NCBI GenBank assembly: GCA_963762145.1
Contig: CAVXJS010000009.1
Location: 512,001 to 576,000, forward strand
DNA length: 64,000 nt
Direction of reading: 5' to 3'
DNA from: an uncultured Candidatus Rokubacteria bacterium
Lineage (GTDB): Bacteria; Methylomirabilota; Methylomirabilia; Rokubacteriales; CSP1-6
The position numbers were made by a program, and so were the translations under genes. Shown here piece by piece: positions 9,125 through 18,753 of the stretch. How positions within the stretch are numbered: the first letter of the stretch is position 1; the number at the start of each line of letters is the position of its first letter. Below the pieces are notes generated by a model. That model did not search any database, had not been told where the DNA came from, and saw only the letters and a list, made by a program, of their open reading frames with translations.

Positions 9125-9904
9125 ATGACCGCTCCCAGCGGATCGCAGTATTCCGCGCCAAGGTACTACGAGATCGCGTTCGACATGAACCGGCGGCAGG
9201 AGGTGAATTTCCTCGTGCACTGCTTCCGCCGCTACGCGCGGCGGCCGATCAAGACGGTGCTCGACATCGCCTGCGGCACCGGCCCGCATCTCATCCGCCT
9301 GGCCGAGCGCGGCTACGCCATGTCGGGGCTCGATCTCTCGCCCGAGAACATCGCCTTCCTCAAGGAGCGGACCGCGGCCAAGGGCTTCGACGCCAACCTG
9401 ATCGTGGCGGACATGACCCGCTTCAAGCTGCGGCGCTCGGTGGACGCGGCGATCTGCATGCAGGACTCGCAGGGCCACCTGCTGACCAACGAGGCCCTGC
9501 TCGCCCATCTCCGCTGCGTCGCCCGCGGGCTCAAGAAGGGCGGGCTCTACGTCTTCGACCGCTACATGTGCTCCTCCTGGACCGATCCGGCGCGGCGCTG
9601 GTCCTGGACGCGACGGCGCGGCAGCGCCACCGTGCGCGCCACCTTCGAGGCGCTCAAGGACCTGAATCCGGTGACGCAGACCTTCTTCGAGGACATGGAG
9701 CTCGAGGCGCACGAGAACGGCATCCGACGCGTCTACCGCCAGCGCCACGCCTCTCGAATGGTCTTCCCCCAGGAGCTGCGGAGCCTGGTGCAGCTCGCCG
9801 GCGGGTTCGAGATGGTCGAGTGGTTCTACGGGTTCAAGCCCCACCTCCGTCTCGATGAGGCCCACCATCCGCTGCTGATGGTCGTCGTGCTGCGAAAGCG
9901 CTAG
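9125..9904 (+). CDS. Class I SAM-dependent methyltransferase
   Basis: VLDIACGTG motif I, GLDLS, ADMT. Confidence 0.85.
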   Translation: MTAPSGSQYSAPRYYEIAFDMNRRQEVNFLVHCFRRYARRPIKTVLDIACGTGPHLIRLAERGYAMSGLDLSPENIAFLKERTAAKGFDANLIVADMTRFKLRRSVDAAICMQDSQGHLLTNEALLAHLRCVARGLKKGGLYVFDRYMCSSWTDPARRWSWTRRRGSATVRATFEALKDLNPVTQTFFEDMELEAHENGIRRVYRQRHASRMVFPQELRSLVQLAGGFEMVEWFYGFKPHLRLDEAHHPLLMVVVLRKR

Positions 9905-9913
9905 AGCCTCCTC

Positions 9914-11092
9914 CTGGCCACTCTGATCCTGAAACGAGGAGCCGAGCGGCGGATCCGGGCGGGGCACCCGTGGATCTACCGGGGCGAAGTGGCCGATCTC
10001 AAAGGCTCGTGGTCCGCTGGCGCCGCCGTCGAGGTCACCGACGCCACCGGACGCTACCTCGGGCGCGGCTTTTACAGCCCGCGGTCTTCCCTGGTCTGCC
10101 GTCTGCTCACGCGGGCCGACGAGGCCGTCAACGCGGCCCTGATCCGGCGACGGCTGGAGGCGGCGCTCGAGTACCGCCGGGCCGCCTCGCTCGTCGCGCC
10201 CGCCTACCGCCTCTGCTGGAGCGAGGCCGACGGCCTGCCCGGTCTGGTGGTGGACCGCTACGGACCCGTGAGCGTGATCCAGTGCCTCACGCTCGGCATG
10301 GCGCGCAACGCGGACTGGATCCGCGAGGCGCTCGCCGCGATCTTCCCCGACGGCCGGATCGTCCGGCTCGACGACCCGACGGCGGCGCGCATCGAGGGCT
10401 TCGAGGCTGTTCGCGAGACCCCGCCCGAGGATGAGCGGCCCGGCGGCGATCTGATCATCGAGGAAGGCCAGGGCCGCTTCGCGGTGACCCTGGGCGCGGG
10501 CCAGAAGACCGGCCTCTACCTCGACCAGCGCGACAACCGGCTCCTGACCGCCGGCCTGGCCTCGGGGCGCCGGGTGCTCGATGCCTTCTGCTACGGCGGC
10601 GGCTTCGCCTGCCACGCGCTGCTGGCCGGTGCCGAGCGCGCCCTGCTGCTGGACTCCTCCGAGGACGCGCTGGCCCTGGCCCGACGCAACCTGGCGCTCA
10701 ACGGGATCGAGGCCCGCGCCGAGCTGCGGAGCGGCAACGCCTTCGACGGGCTCCGGGATCTGGATGCGCGGGGCGAGCGCTTCGGGCTGGTCGTCCTCGA
10801 TCCCCCGCCCTTCACGCGCCGCAAGGACGCCGTCGAGGCGGCCGCGCGCGGCTACAAGGAGATCAACATCCGGGGCCTGCGCCTGCTCGAGCGGGGCGGC
10901 CGGCTGGCCACGTTCTCCTGCTCCCACCACGTCACGCCCGCGATGTTCGAGGAGATCTGCCGCGACGCCGCCGGCGACGCCGGCGTCCGCACCCGCGTCG
11001 TCGCCACCCTCACCCAGAGCCGCGACCACCCGATCATCCTCACGATCCCCGAATCCCGCTACCTCACCGGCCTCCTCCTCGAATCCACCTAA
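9914..11092 (+). CDS. rlmI: RlmI-like rRNA m5C methyltransferase with N-terminal PUA domain (probable CTG start)
   Basis: GHPWIYRGE (upstream of the ORF-track start), SEADGLPGLVVDRY, GQKTGLYLDQR, LDPPPF, TFSCS. Confidence 0.85.
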   Translation: MATLILKRGAERRIRAGHPWIYRGEVADLKGSWSAGAAVEVTDATGRYLGRGFYSPRSSLVCRLLTRADEAVNAALIRRRLEAALEYRRAASLVAPAYRLCWSEADGLPGLVVDRYGPVSVIQCLTLGMARNADWIREALAAIFPDGRIVRLDDPTAARIEGFEAVRETPPEDERPGGDLIIEEGQGRFAVTLGAGQKTGLYLDQRDNRLLTAGLASGRRVLDAFCYGGGFACHALLAGAERALLLDSSEDALALARRNLALNGIEARAELRSGNAFDGLRDLDARGERFGLVVLDPPPFTRRKDAVEAAARGYKEINIRGLRLLERGGRLATFSCSHHVTPAMFEEICRDAAGDAGVRTRVVATLTQSRDHPIILTIPESRYLTGLLLEST

Positions 11093-11154
11093 CTCGGGGT
11101 CAGGTCTTACATTCCGACAAACTGCGCTGAGCCGGAGTGTATCTACCGGCACGG

Positions 11155-11330
11155 CGCTGCGGGTGGGCGGTGGTGCGGGGGGCGGGGCCCTCCCGGGAAC
11201 CGTGTCTTCTGCGGATTGTCGAAGGCTCGACGGCTCTGTCTCGTGGCTCGATTGCGACGGCGTGACGTGCAAGCGACTCAGCGTGTTCCCGGGAGGGCCC
11301 CGCCCCCCGCGCCGCTGCCCACCCGCGGCG
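11155..11330. repeat. 46-bp inverted repeat flanking an 84-nt spacer (MITE-like or structured RNA)
   Basis: Arms 11155-11200 and 11285-11330 pair at 42/46 Watson-Crick plus 4 G-U. Confidence 0.85.
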
Positions 11331-11348
11331 TGAGCGCCTCGCGCGAGA

Positions 11349-12894
11349 CTAACTCTCCCGGTAGATGATGAGGAGAGCGCCGACGAGCACGAGGCCGACG
11401 GCCCAGAGCGCCCCGGGCACGCGCCGGCGCCCCTCGGGGAGCCGGAGCTCGAGCCAGCGCCCCCAGCCGATCACCAGGGCCAGCAGGCCGAGCGGCGCGT
11501 GGGTCACCTCGAGCAGGAACTCGTCCTTGAGATTCTGCGCGGCGTGCGAGTGGCTCAGGAGCATGCCACCGCCGACCACGCAGAGCAGCGGGAAGATCAG
11601 GGCCGCGCGCCGCGATGCGAGGCGCCCGCTGCGGACCATCCACTCGAAGATGCCGAAGACGATGACGAGCAGCACGAAGAACCGGTGCTGGGCCACCGTC
11701 GCGACGAGCCAGCCCTCCCAGAAGCCCTCGGGGCCGAGCGGCCACGACCCGGGATCGTTGCGCACGATCATGAAGGCGGCCAGGCCCAGGAAGACCAGCG
11801 GCCAGTGCCGCGCCCAGCGCGCCCGCCCGGTCGTGTGCAGCAGGGCCAGCAGACCCATGATGAGCACGAGGATCCCGGAGACGTGATGGTTGAACTCCGA
11901 CCAGGCGCGATCGGCGTCGTTGCGGGGGGCCAGCGGATCGTCGACCGGCATCTCCGAGATCGAGGGCGAGCGGAGCGACGGCATCCGCGGCGTGAAGCGC
12001 GTCGCGACCTCCGCGAGCGTGGCCCGATCGTGGGTGAGATCCACCGCGGGGGGCAGCGAGGTGAGCGAGGCCGCCGCGAAGAGCACGGTGAGGCCCAGGC
12101 CGACCTCGACCTCCACGAAGCGGCGCAGCGTGAGCTGGTCGGCCTCGGGCGCGCCGTCCATGCGGCGGATCGCGCGGGAGTTCAGCGCCCCCAGCACGAG
12201 CAGGCCGCCGAAGATCGCCACCTTGGTCAGCACCATGAGGCCGTAGGCGGTGCCGACGATCGCGGTCTGATCCGGGGCGTAGTTCCAGGTGAGGCCCACG
12301 CCCGCGGCCACCAGGACCGCGACCGAGGCCAGCGCCAGGTTCGAGAACCGCCGCAGCAGGGCCACCGGCCAGGGCCGGTCGCCGCGCCCGAACGCGGCCG
12401 CGGTCAGGTGCACGAGCCCGCCGATCCACACCGCGGCGCCCAGCTGATGGAGGCCGTCGAGCACCAGCAGCAGGGCGCGGGAGTCGAGCCGCGCCGCGGC
12501 GTGGCTGGTCCACGGGGCGGCCACCACCAGCACCGCGCCCAGCGCGACCACTGCGGGCCAGAGCCGCGACGGCCCGCCCGCGCGCCGCAGCCCGACGGCG
12601 CACGCGGCGAGGGCGAGCCCGGCCACGATCCGGACGACGCTCACCTGCACGTACAGCGTGTCGAGCGCCGCGCGCAGCGGCCAGGCCGCCTCGTGGAGGA
12701 GCACGAATAGCTCGTTGGCCAGCGACAGGGCCTGGCCCAGCGCGAGCGTGGTCGCGGCGACCGCGATGAGCAGCAGCGAGCGCGGCGCCTCGGGCCCGCG
12801 GGCCACGAGCAACAGGAAGCACACGCCGCCCACCGCGGTGGCCTGCGCGGCGAGGATCAGGCCGCGCAGCAGGACGTCGAGAACGGCAGAGCAT
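11349..12894 (-). CDS. copD: CopD-family copper resistance membrane protein with an extended His-rich C-terminal TM domain
   Basis: TSHAAAR, LHQLGAAVWIGGL, RRFS, TAYG..VLTKV; C-terminal NHH, QHR, HSH, EVTH; probable indel just after the ATG. Confidence 0.75.
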
Positions 12895-12895
12895 G

Positions 12896-14068
12896 TCAGG
12901 CCGCCCGGCGTCGCCCCGTGCCCCACCGGACCAGCACATGAAGATCGGCGTGCCGAGCGCGACCGGGATCAGGAACCAGTGGGCCCGCCCGAAACAGGCC
13001 AGCACGAGCACGAGGTAGATGAAGTCGCGGTTGGCCACCGCGTCGGCCAGGCGGCCGGGCGGCGCCCGCGGCGGCGCCGCCGCGACGAGCGACGAGATAG
13101 GCGGACGCGGCGGTGCCGGTGATCGCCAGCGCGCCCAGGAGCAGCGGCCAGCGCGAGGCCTCGGCCAGGCTCCAGCCCGACCGCCATGCACCCGAACACC
13201 GCCACGTGGACGACGTTGTCGCCCCAGAAGTCGAGGCGCGCCCCGGTGGGCGACTCCTGGAACTTCAGCCGCGCCAGCTCGCCGTCGCAGCCGTCGAGGA
13301 TCGAGTGGGTCAGGAAGAGCAGCGCCCCGGCGACTGCTGCCAGCGGCTCCGCGGACAGGAAGAACGGCGCGCCCGAGCAGGCCGATGGCGAGGCTCACCA
13401 GGGTCATCGCGTTGGGGGTGATGCGCGTGCCCACGCAGCCGCCGGGTCAGCGCGAGCGAGATGCGCCGCTCGACGTGGCGCGACATGAAGCCCTCGCTGT
13501 CCTTGATGAGGCTCCGCAGGAGCCAGGCCTCGGCGGCCCGCGCGCCGGCGGCGCCCCCGAGCGCGAAGCGGCCGGCCGGATCGCCCGCCTCGGTGGTGCG
13601 CGGCCAGGCGCCCGGACAGCGCGGTGATCAGGTCCTCGCGCGCCGACGGCCTGGCCGCGCCGGCGCAGCACCTCGTCGATCCCCGCGCTCTCCACCACCG
13701 CGGTCAGCGACGAATCGACCGCGAGCGTCTCGGGACTCCAGCGGCATCTCGCGCAGGGCGCGCAGCCAGCGCGCCTGGGGGAGGACGTTGGCGGGCACCA
13801 GGACGAGCCGGGCCCGCGGCGCCAGCGGCGTGTCGGCATCGAGCGCGAACCGCCGCGGTGCCCGCGAGCAGGTGCGGCTCCTGACAGGCCTCGGGATGCA
13901 CCAGGATCCGCTCGAAGCCGGCCGCGCTTCGCGGCCAGCGCGATGCGCCGCACGCAGCGGCAGGCCCGCGACACGGTTCCGGGCGGCGGGGAGCCGCGCG
14001 TCCGCCGGGGCCGGCAGGATCACGAGGAAGCTCCGCACGGAGACGGCCGCGGAGGAGAGCGTGGTCAC
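12896..14068 (-). CDS. CDP-alcohol phosphotransferase (IPCT/DIPPS-like architecture); many indels
   Basis: Reconstructed across frames: KDSEGFMSRHVERRIS, ITPNAMT, HSILDGCDGELARLKFQES...DFWGDNVVH. Confidence 0.75.
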
Positions 14069-15107
14069 CGGGCCGATCCGACCCGCGTGGCCAGGGGGAG
14101 CAGCACGCCGCCGCGGCGGCTCGACTCGCGCGCGCCGCACTCGACCGCGACGCAGACCGCCGCCTCGGCGAGATTGCGGCTCCGTCGGCGCCCGGCCGAG
14201 CACGCGGGCGAGAACGCGTCGGCGACCGGGCCGAACCAGTCGGGATGCTGGGAGCCGTCGGACAGCGCGGGCGGGCGCCGGCCACGCTCGCTCGCGCGCC
14301 GTCCGCGCGGAGGACCACGGTGTCGTCCTCGAAGCTCGATGCGTCCCGGCGGCGCCGATCAGTGGGCCCGGTTGCGCCGCTCTCCGCGGCCCACGTCAGG
14401 ACGATGTCCGCCACGGCGTCCGGGAAGGTGCAGGCGCACCGTCGCGGTGTCCTCGACCGCGAAGCGATGGTGGCGCCGCGTCTCGAGACGGGCGCTGCAC
14501 GGCGCGCGGCGCAGGCGCCGAGCCAGCGCTGGACCACGTAGAAGACGTGCCAGCCGTGATCGGTCAGCACGCCGCCGCCCGCGACCGCCGGGTCGAGCCG
14601 CCAGTTGCTCGCCCTGCCGTCGCCGCGGCGGCCGGCTGGGTGCGCAGCGTCTGCCAGGCGACGCGCGCGCACCGGCCCGATCGCGCCCTCGCGGAGGAGC
14701 TCGGCGGCGCGCGGACGATGGGCGCGTGGTGCCAGTTGTGCACGGTGTGGAGCACGCGCGCGCGCGGCGCGCGCGAGCCCGGCCACGGCGCTCGAGCTCG
14801 GCGAGCGAGCCCACCAGCGGCTTCTCGCAGAGCACGTGCAGGCCGCGCGCGAGCGCGGCCTCGATCAGGGCCGCGTGGCTCGACGGCGGCGTGCAGACGT
14901 CGACGAAGTCGAGTCGTCCGCGGCCAGCAGGGACTCGACGCGAGTCGTACCAGCGCGCGCCGGGCAGGCGCGGCCCGGCACTCGGCCTGCCGCGCGGGGT
15001 GGAGTCGGTGGCGGCGACGATCATCGACGTCGGGCCGCTCGCGCCAGCCGGGCAGGTGGCCGTGCACGGCCACGTTGCCGAGGCCGATGATCGCGCCCCG
15101 GAGTCAT
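14065..15107 (-). CDS. Gfo/Idh/MocA-family NAD(P)-dependent oxidoreductase; many indels
   Basis: GAIIGLGNVA Rossmann motif, DVCTPPSSH, HVLCEKPL, GGGVLTDHGWH, VED. Confidence 0.8.
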
Positions 15108-15108
15108 C

Positions 15109-16461
15109 CTAGTCTCGAGCCCATGCGCGCTTGAGCGTCACTCCGAGCGCTTCGTCCAGGATCGCGAGGCCGGCCCAGCGCCTGTGTCCTCGCGTGATCA
15201 CGAGGGGCGGATTGATGCCGGATCGTCGGCGCATAGGTCATGGCACGAGCCCGCGCCGCAGGCACTCCTGGTAGAGGTCCCGGGTGACGCTCCTTGTCGA
15301 GCGGCTCCTTGCGCTCTGCCGGTCCTCGACCAGCTCCATGCCGAGCAGCAGCCCGCTGCCGCGCACCTCGCCGACCGCGCGGTACTTCTCCTTCATCGCC
15401 TGGAGCTCGGCGAGCATGACCGCGCCGACGCGCTCGGACGTGCTCGACGAGGTCCTCCTTCAGGATGATCTCGAGCGCGGCGAGCCCGGCCGCCGAGGCG
15501 AGCGGATTGCCGCCGTAGCTCGACGAGCTCGAGCTCGGATTGGACCAGGGCTTGGCCGCGGTGAGCGTCTCGGTGGAGACGACGGCGGCCAGCGGGAAGC
15601 CGCCGCCCATGCCCTTGCCCACCGTCATGATGTCGGGCACGACGCCGTCGTGCTCGGCGCCCCACATCGAGCCCGGTGCGCCCGAAGCCGGTGATCATCT
15701 CGTCGGCGAAGAAGCAGCGCGCCGTGATCCTTGGCGATCGACTGCGATCGCGCGCAGGAAGCCGTCGGGCGGGATGATGTTGCCCGCGGTGCCCTGGATC
15801 GGCTCCACGATGATCGCGGCGATCTCGCCCGCGGTCTGGTAGCGGATGACGTCGCGAACGTAGTCCGCGCAGGCGATGCCGCAGTCGGGATAGCGTGAGC
15901 TTGCAGCGGGCAGCGGTAGCAGTCCGCATAGGGCGTCGAGGTGCTGGCCGGGCAGGAACGGGCCCCAGGTGATGCTTGAAGTCGCTGCCGAGGAGGCCCG
16001 AGCACGCCGCCGGTCTTGCCGTGGAAGCCGCCCCAGAAGCCGATGACCTCGTGCTTCCCGGTCGCCGCCTTGGCGAGCCGCAGCGCCGGCCTCCACCGCC
16101 TCCGCGCCGCCCGAGAAGAGCTGGATGCGCGTCGAGGCCCGCGGGGGTGACGGACGCCGAGCAGCTCGAGGAAGCGGGCGCGCGTCTCGGTGGTGAAGCT
16201 GCCGAAGGTGAGCCGCTCGACCTGGCGCTTGAGCGCCTCGACGTAGTGCGGATGGCAGTGCCCGACGCTGCCGACGCGCGATGCCCGCGATGAAGTCGAT
16301 GTACTCGTTGCCGTCCTCGTCGATGAGCGTCGCAGCCCTGGCCGCGCGCCATGGCCAGCCCGGAGTAGAGCGCGAAGGACTGGAAGCCCGGCGCGATGTG
16401 GCGCTGCCTCGCGCGCCACGATCTCCCGCGAGCGCGGCCCCGGCTCGCGCCGCTCGCTCAT
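15109..16461 (-). CDS. Class III PLP-dependent aminotransferase; many indels
   Basis: YIDFIAGI, VGHCHP, SGGAEAVE, GGFHGKT, IIVEPIQG, DEMITGFGRTG, DIMTVGKGMGGG. Confidence 0.88.
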
Positions 16462-17352
16462 CGCCCGCCTCCCGCAGTCCGCCGGGCGCCGAAGCGCAGC
16501 GCCAGGTAGGCGGCGATGACCGGCGCGGCCTCGTCTCGGTAGAGCGCGAAGCTCGGCCACGCGTTGAGGTCGAGGAGCAGGAGGCCGCCGTCCGCGGTGG
16601 CGATGGCGTCGCCGCCGTAGATCTCGAGCCCGAGCGCGGCCGCCGCGTCGCCGCGCGAGGCGCGCGAGCCGGCCGCGGGTCGAAGGGATGCCCGGCCAGG
16701 CGTCTGATCCTTGTGGTAGAACCAGCGGAACCAGGGCGGCCCGCCGTCGGGACCGCCGCCGCCGGGCCGACGCCGTAGAACTTGATGAGATCGCCGGCCA
16801 CGTGCGGCTGCAGCACCGCGCCGCGCGATCCCGCGGGCGCGCGAGGCCGGCCGAGCGCGGCCGCGACCGCGCGCGTCCGTCTCCGCGAAGACGACGTCGC
16901 CCTCCTGCGTGTTGTGCACGTCGCCCCGCTTGACCCAGACCGGCAGGCGCGCGGGCGCCGGCGATGTCGGCCCGGAGTCGCCACGAGCCGGCTCGTGCAC
17001 GAACGGCACGCCGGCCTCATCGAAGCTGGGCGATCATCCGCTCGCGGTAGGTGTCGAGGACGGCGGCGGCGACGTTGACGATGCGGACGCCGTCCCGCTC
17101 CCACGCGGCGAGCTGCGCCAGCACCTCCTCGCGCTCGCACATGAAGAAGATCGCGCGCGGGCGGCGCCTCGGTGGGCCACGCGACGCTCCTCCGGGTCCT
17201 CGGAGCTCGACCTGGACGCCGCGCGCCTCGAGGTGCTTGCCGGTCAGGCGCAGGATCTCCGCGTCGTCGTTCTCGCGCCCCGGCGAATGCGCCCGCTCGC
17301 GGAAGATTCCCCAGCAGGTCAGATCGGCCACCCCCGTCCTCCTCGCGCTCAT
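16458..17352 (-). CDS. ATP-grasp fold protein of unknown function; indels
   Basis: RERAHSPGRENDDAEIL, WVKRGDVH, LQPHVAGDLIKFYGVG, IYGGDAI...LLDLNAWPSF. Confidence 0.65.
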
Positions 17353-18072
17353 GTCCGTCGCGCTCCTCGCGCCAGCGCCTCGGCGCTGGCCACATCCTCC
17401 GCCCGGTCGACGTCGACGACCGTCTCGATGATCTCCCCGTAGAGCGGCTGGCCGCTGTCGTGCAGCCACCCCAGGTAGCTCGCGCAGCCGCCCGAGGTCC
17501 CGCGGCGGCGTCGAGGCGCCGCGCCCGCTCTGGGCACGAGGTACATCCCCGCGGTGACCAGACGCGCCGCCGCCGTCGCCGAGCGCCTTCCACGCGGCCG
17601 CCGCGCCTCGAGCGACGACCCACAGCGGCTTCTCGTCCGCGACGAACGGGGTGACCGCGAGCACGGTGGCGTCGTCGGGCCGGGACGCGGCAGCCGCTCG
17701 ACGAAGCGCGCGAAGTCCGCCGGCCGCGCACCACGCGTCGACCGTGGACACGAGCAGCGGCCCCGCGTGCCCGCGGCCGGTCACCTCGCGGAAGCTCTCG
17801 AGCGACGACGCGGTGGTCTTGACGATGAAGTCGATCGTCGAGCGCGGGGAACCGCGTCGCGGACCCACTCCACGCAGTCCCGCTCCTGCTCGTTGACGAT
17901 GATGGCGAGCGCGCGTGATCCCCGCCGTCGTCGAAGTTGCGCAGCACGCGCCTCGATCAGGGGCACGCCCGGCCACCTCCACCAGCGGCTTCGGCACCCG
18001 GTAGCCGTCCGCGCGCAGGCGGCTGCCCTCGCCGGCCGCGATGATGCCGCCTCGAATCGCACTCGCGCTCAC
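17349..18072 (-). CDS. NTP-transferase (nucleotidyltransferase); indels
   Basis: GIIAAGEGSRL, PKPLVEVAG, STVD, VDVDR.ED. Confidence 0.85.
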
Positions 18073-18753
18073 GAGCAGCAAGGCCTCCACGCTCCGTCAA
18101 CGAATGGACCACGCGGTCGCCCGGGCAGCACGGCCCGCCGGGCGGCGGCGGGGCCGCGACCAGCCAGATGTGCCGCATGCCGAGGGCCCGCGCGCCCTCC
18201 ATGTCCCGGGCCGCCGAATCGCCCACGAACACGGCGTCGATCGGGCGCCACCCCCAGCCCGTCCAGCGCCTGCATGAAGATGCGCGGATCGGGCTTGGAG
18301 AATCCGACCCGGACCGAGTCGACGATGACGCCGAAGAGAGACCGGATCGCCGTAGTTATGACACACGGTCGTCGAGGTTGCCATAGAAGTTGGACACGAT
18401 GCCGAGCCGATAGCGCGCGCCGAGCCGCGCGAGCAGCGGCCGGTTCCGTCGCAGATGGCGGTGGGCGTCGTCGAGGAACCGGTCGGCGACGCGCGCGATC
18501 ACCCGCTCGTCGCGCACCGCGAGCCCGGCGGCGATGTTCGCGGTGAGGCGCCGCACCGTCTCGTCGAACGACAGCGTGACCGGGATCGCGTCCACGAGCG
18601 CGTCGTCGGCGCGGTAGAAGACGGGATCGAAGGCCTCCGGGCGGTCCGCCGCGCCCTCGGCGCGCCAGAGGCCGAAGAAGCGCTCCTTCCACGTCACCCC
18701 GTCGGCGTCGAGCGTGCCCCCGAAGTCGAAGAGCAGCGCACGCGGATGCTCAG
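18069..18753 (-). CDS. HAD-family hydrolase (probable CTG start); indels
   Basis: LLFDFGGTLD, IVSNFYGNL, KPDPRIF, VGDS..RD. Confidence 0.85.
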
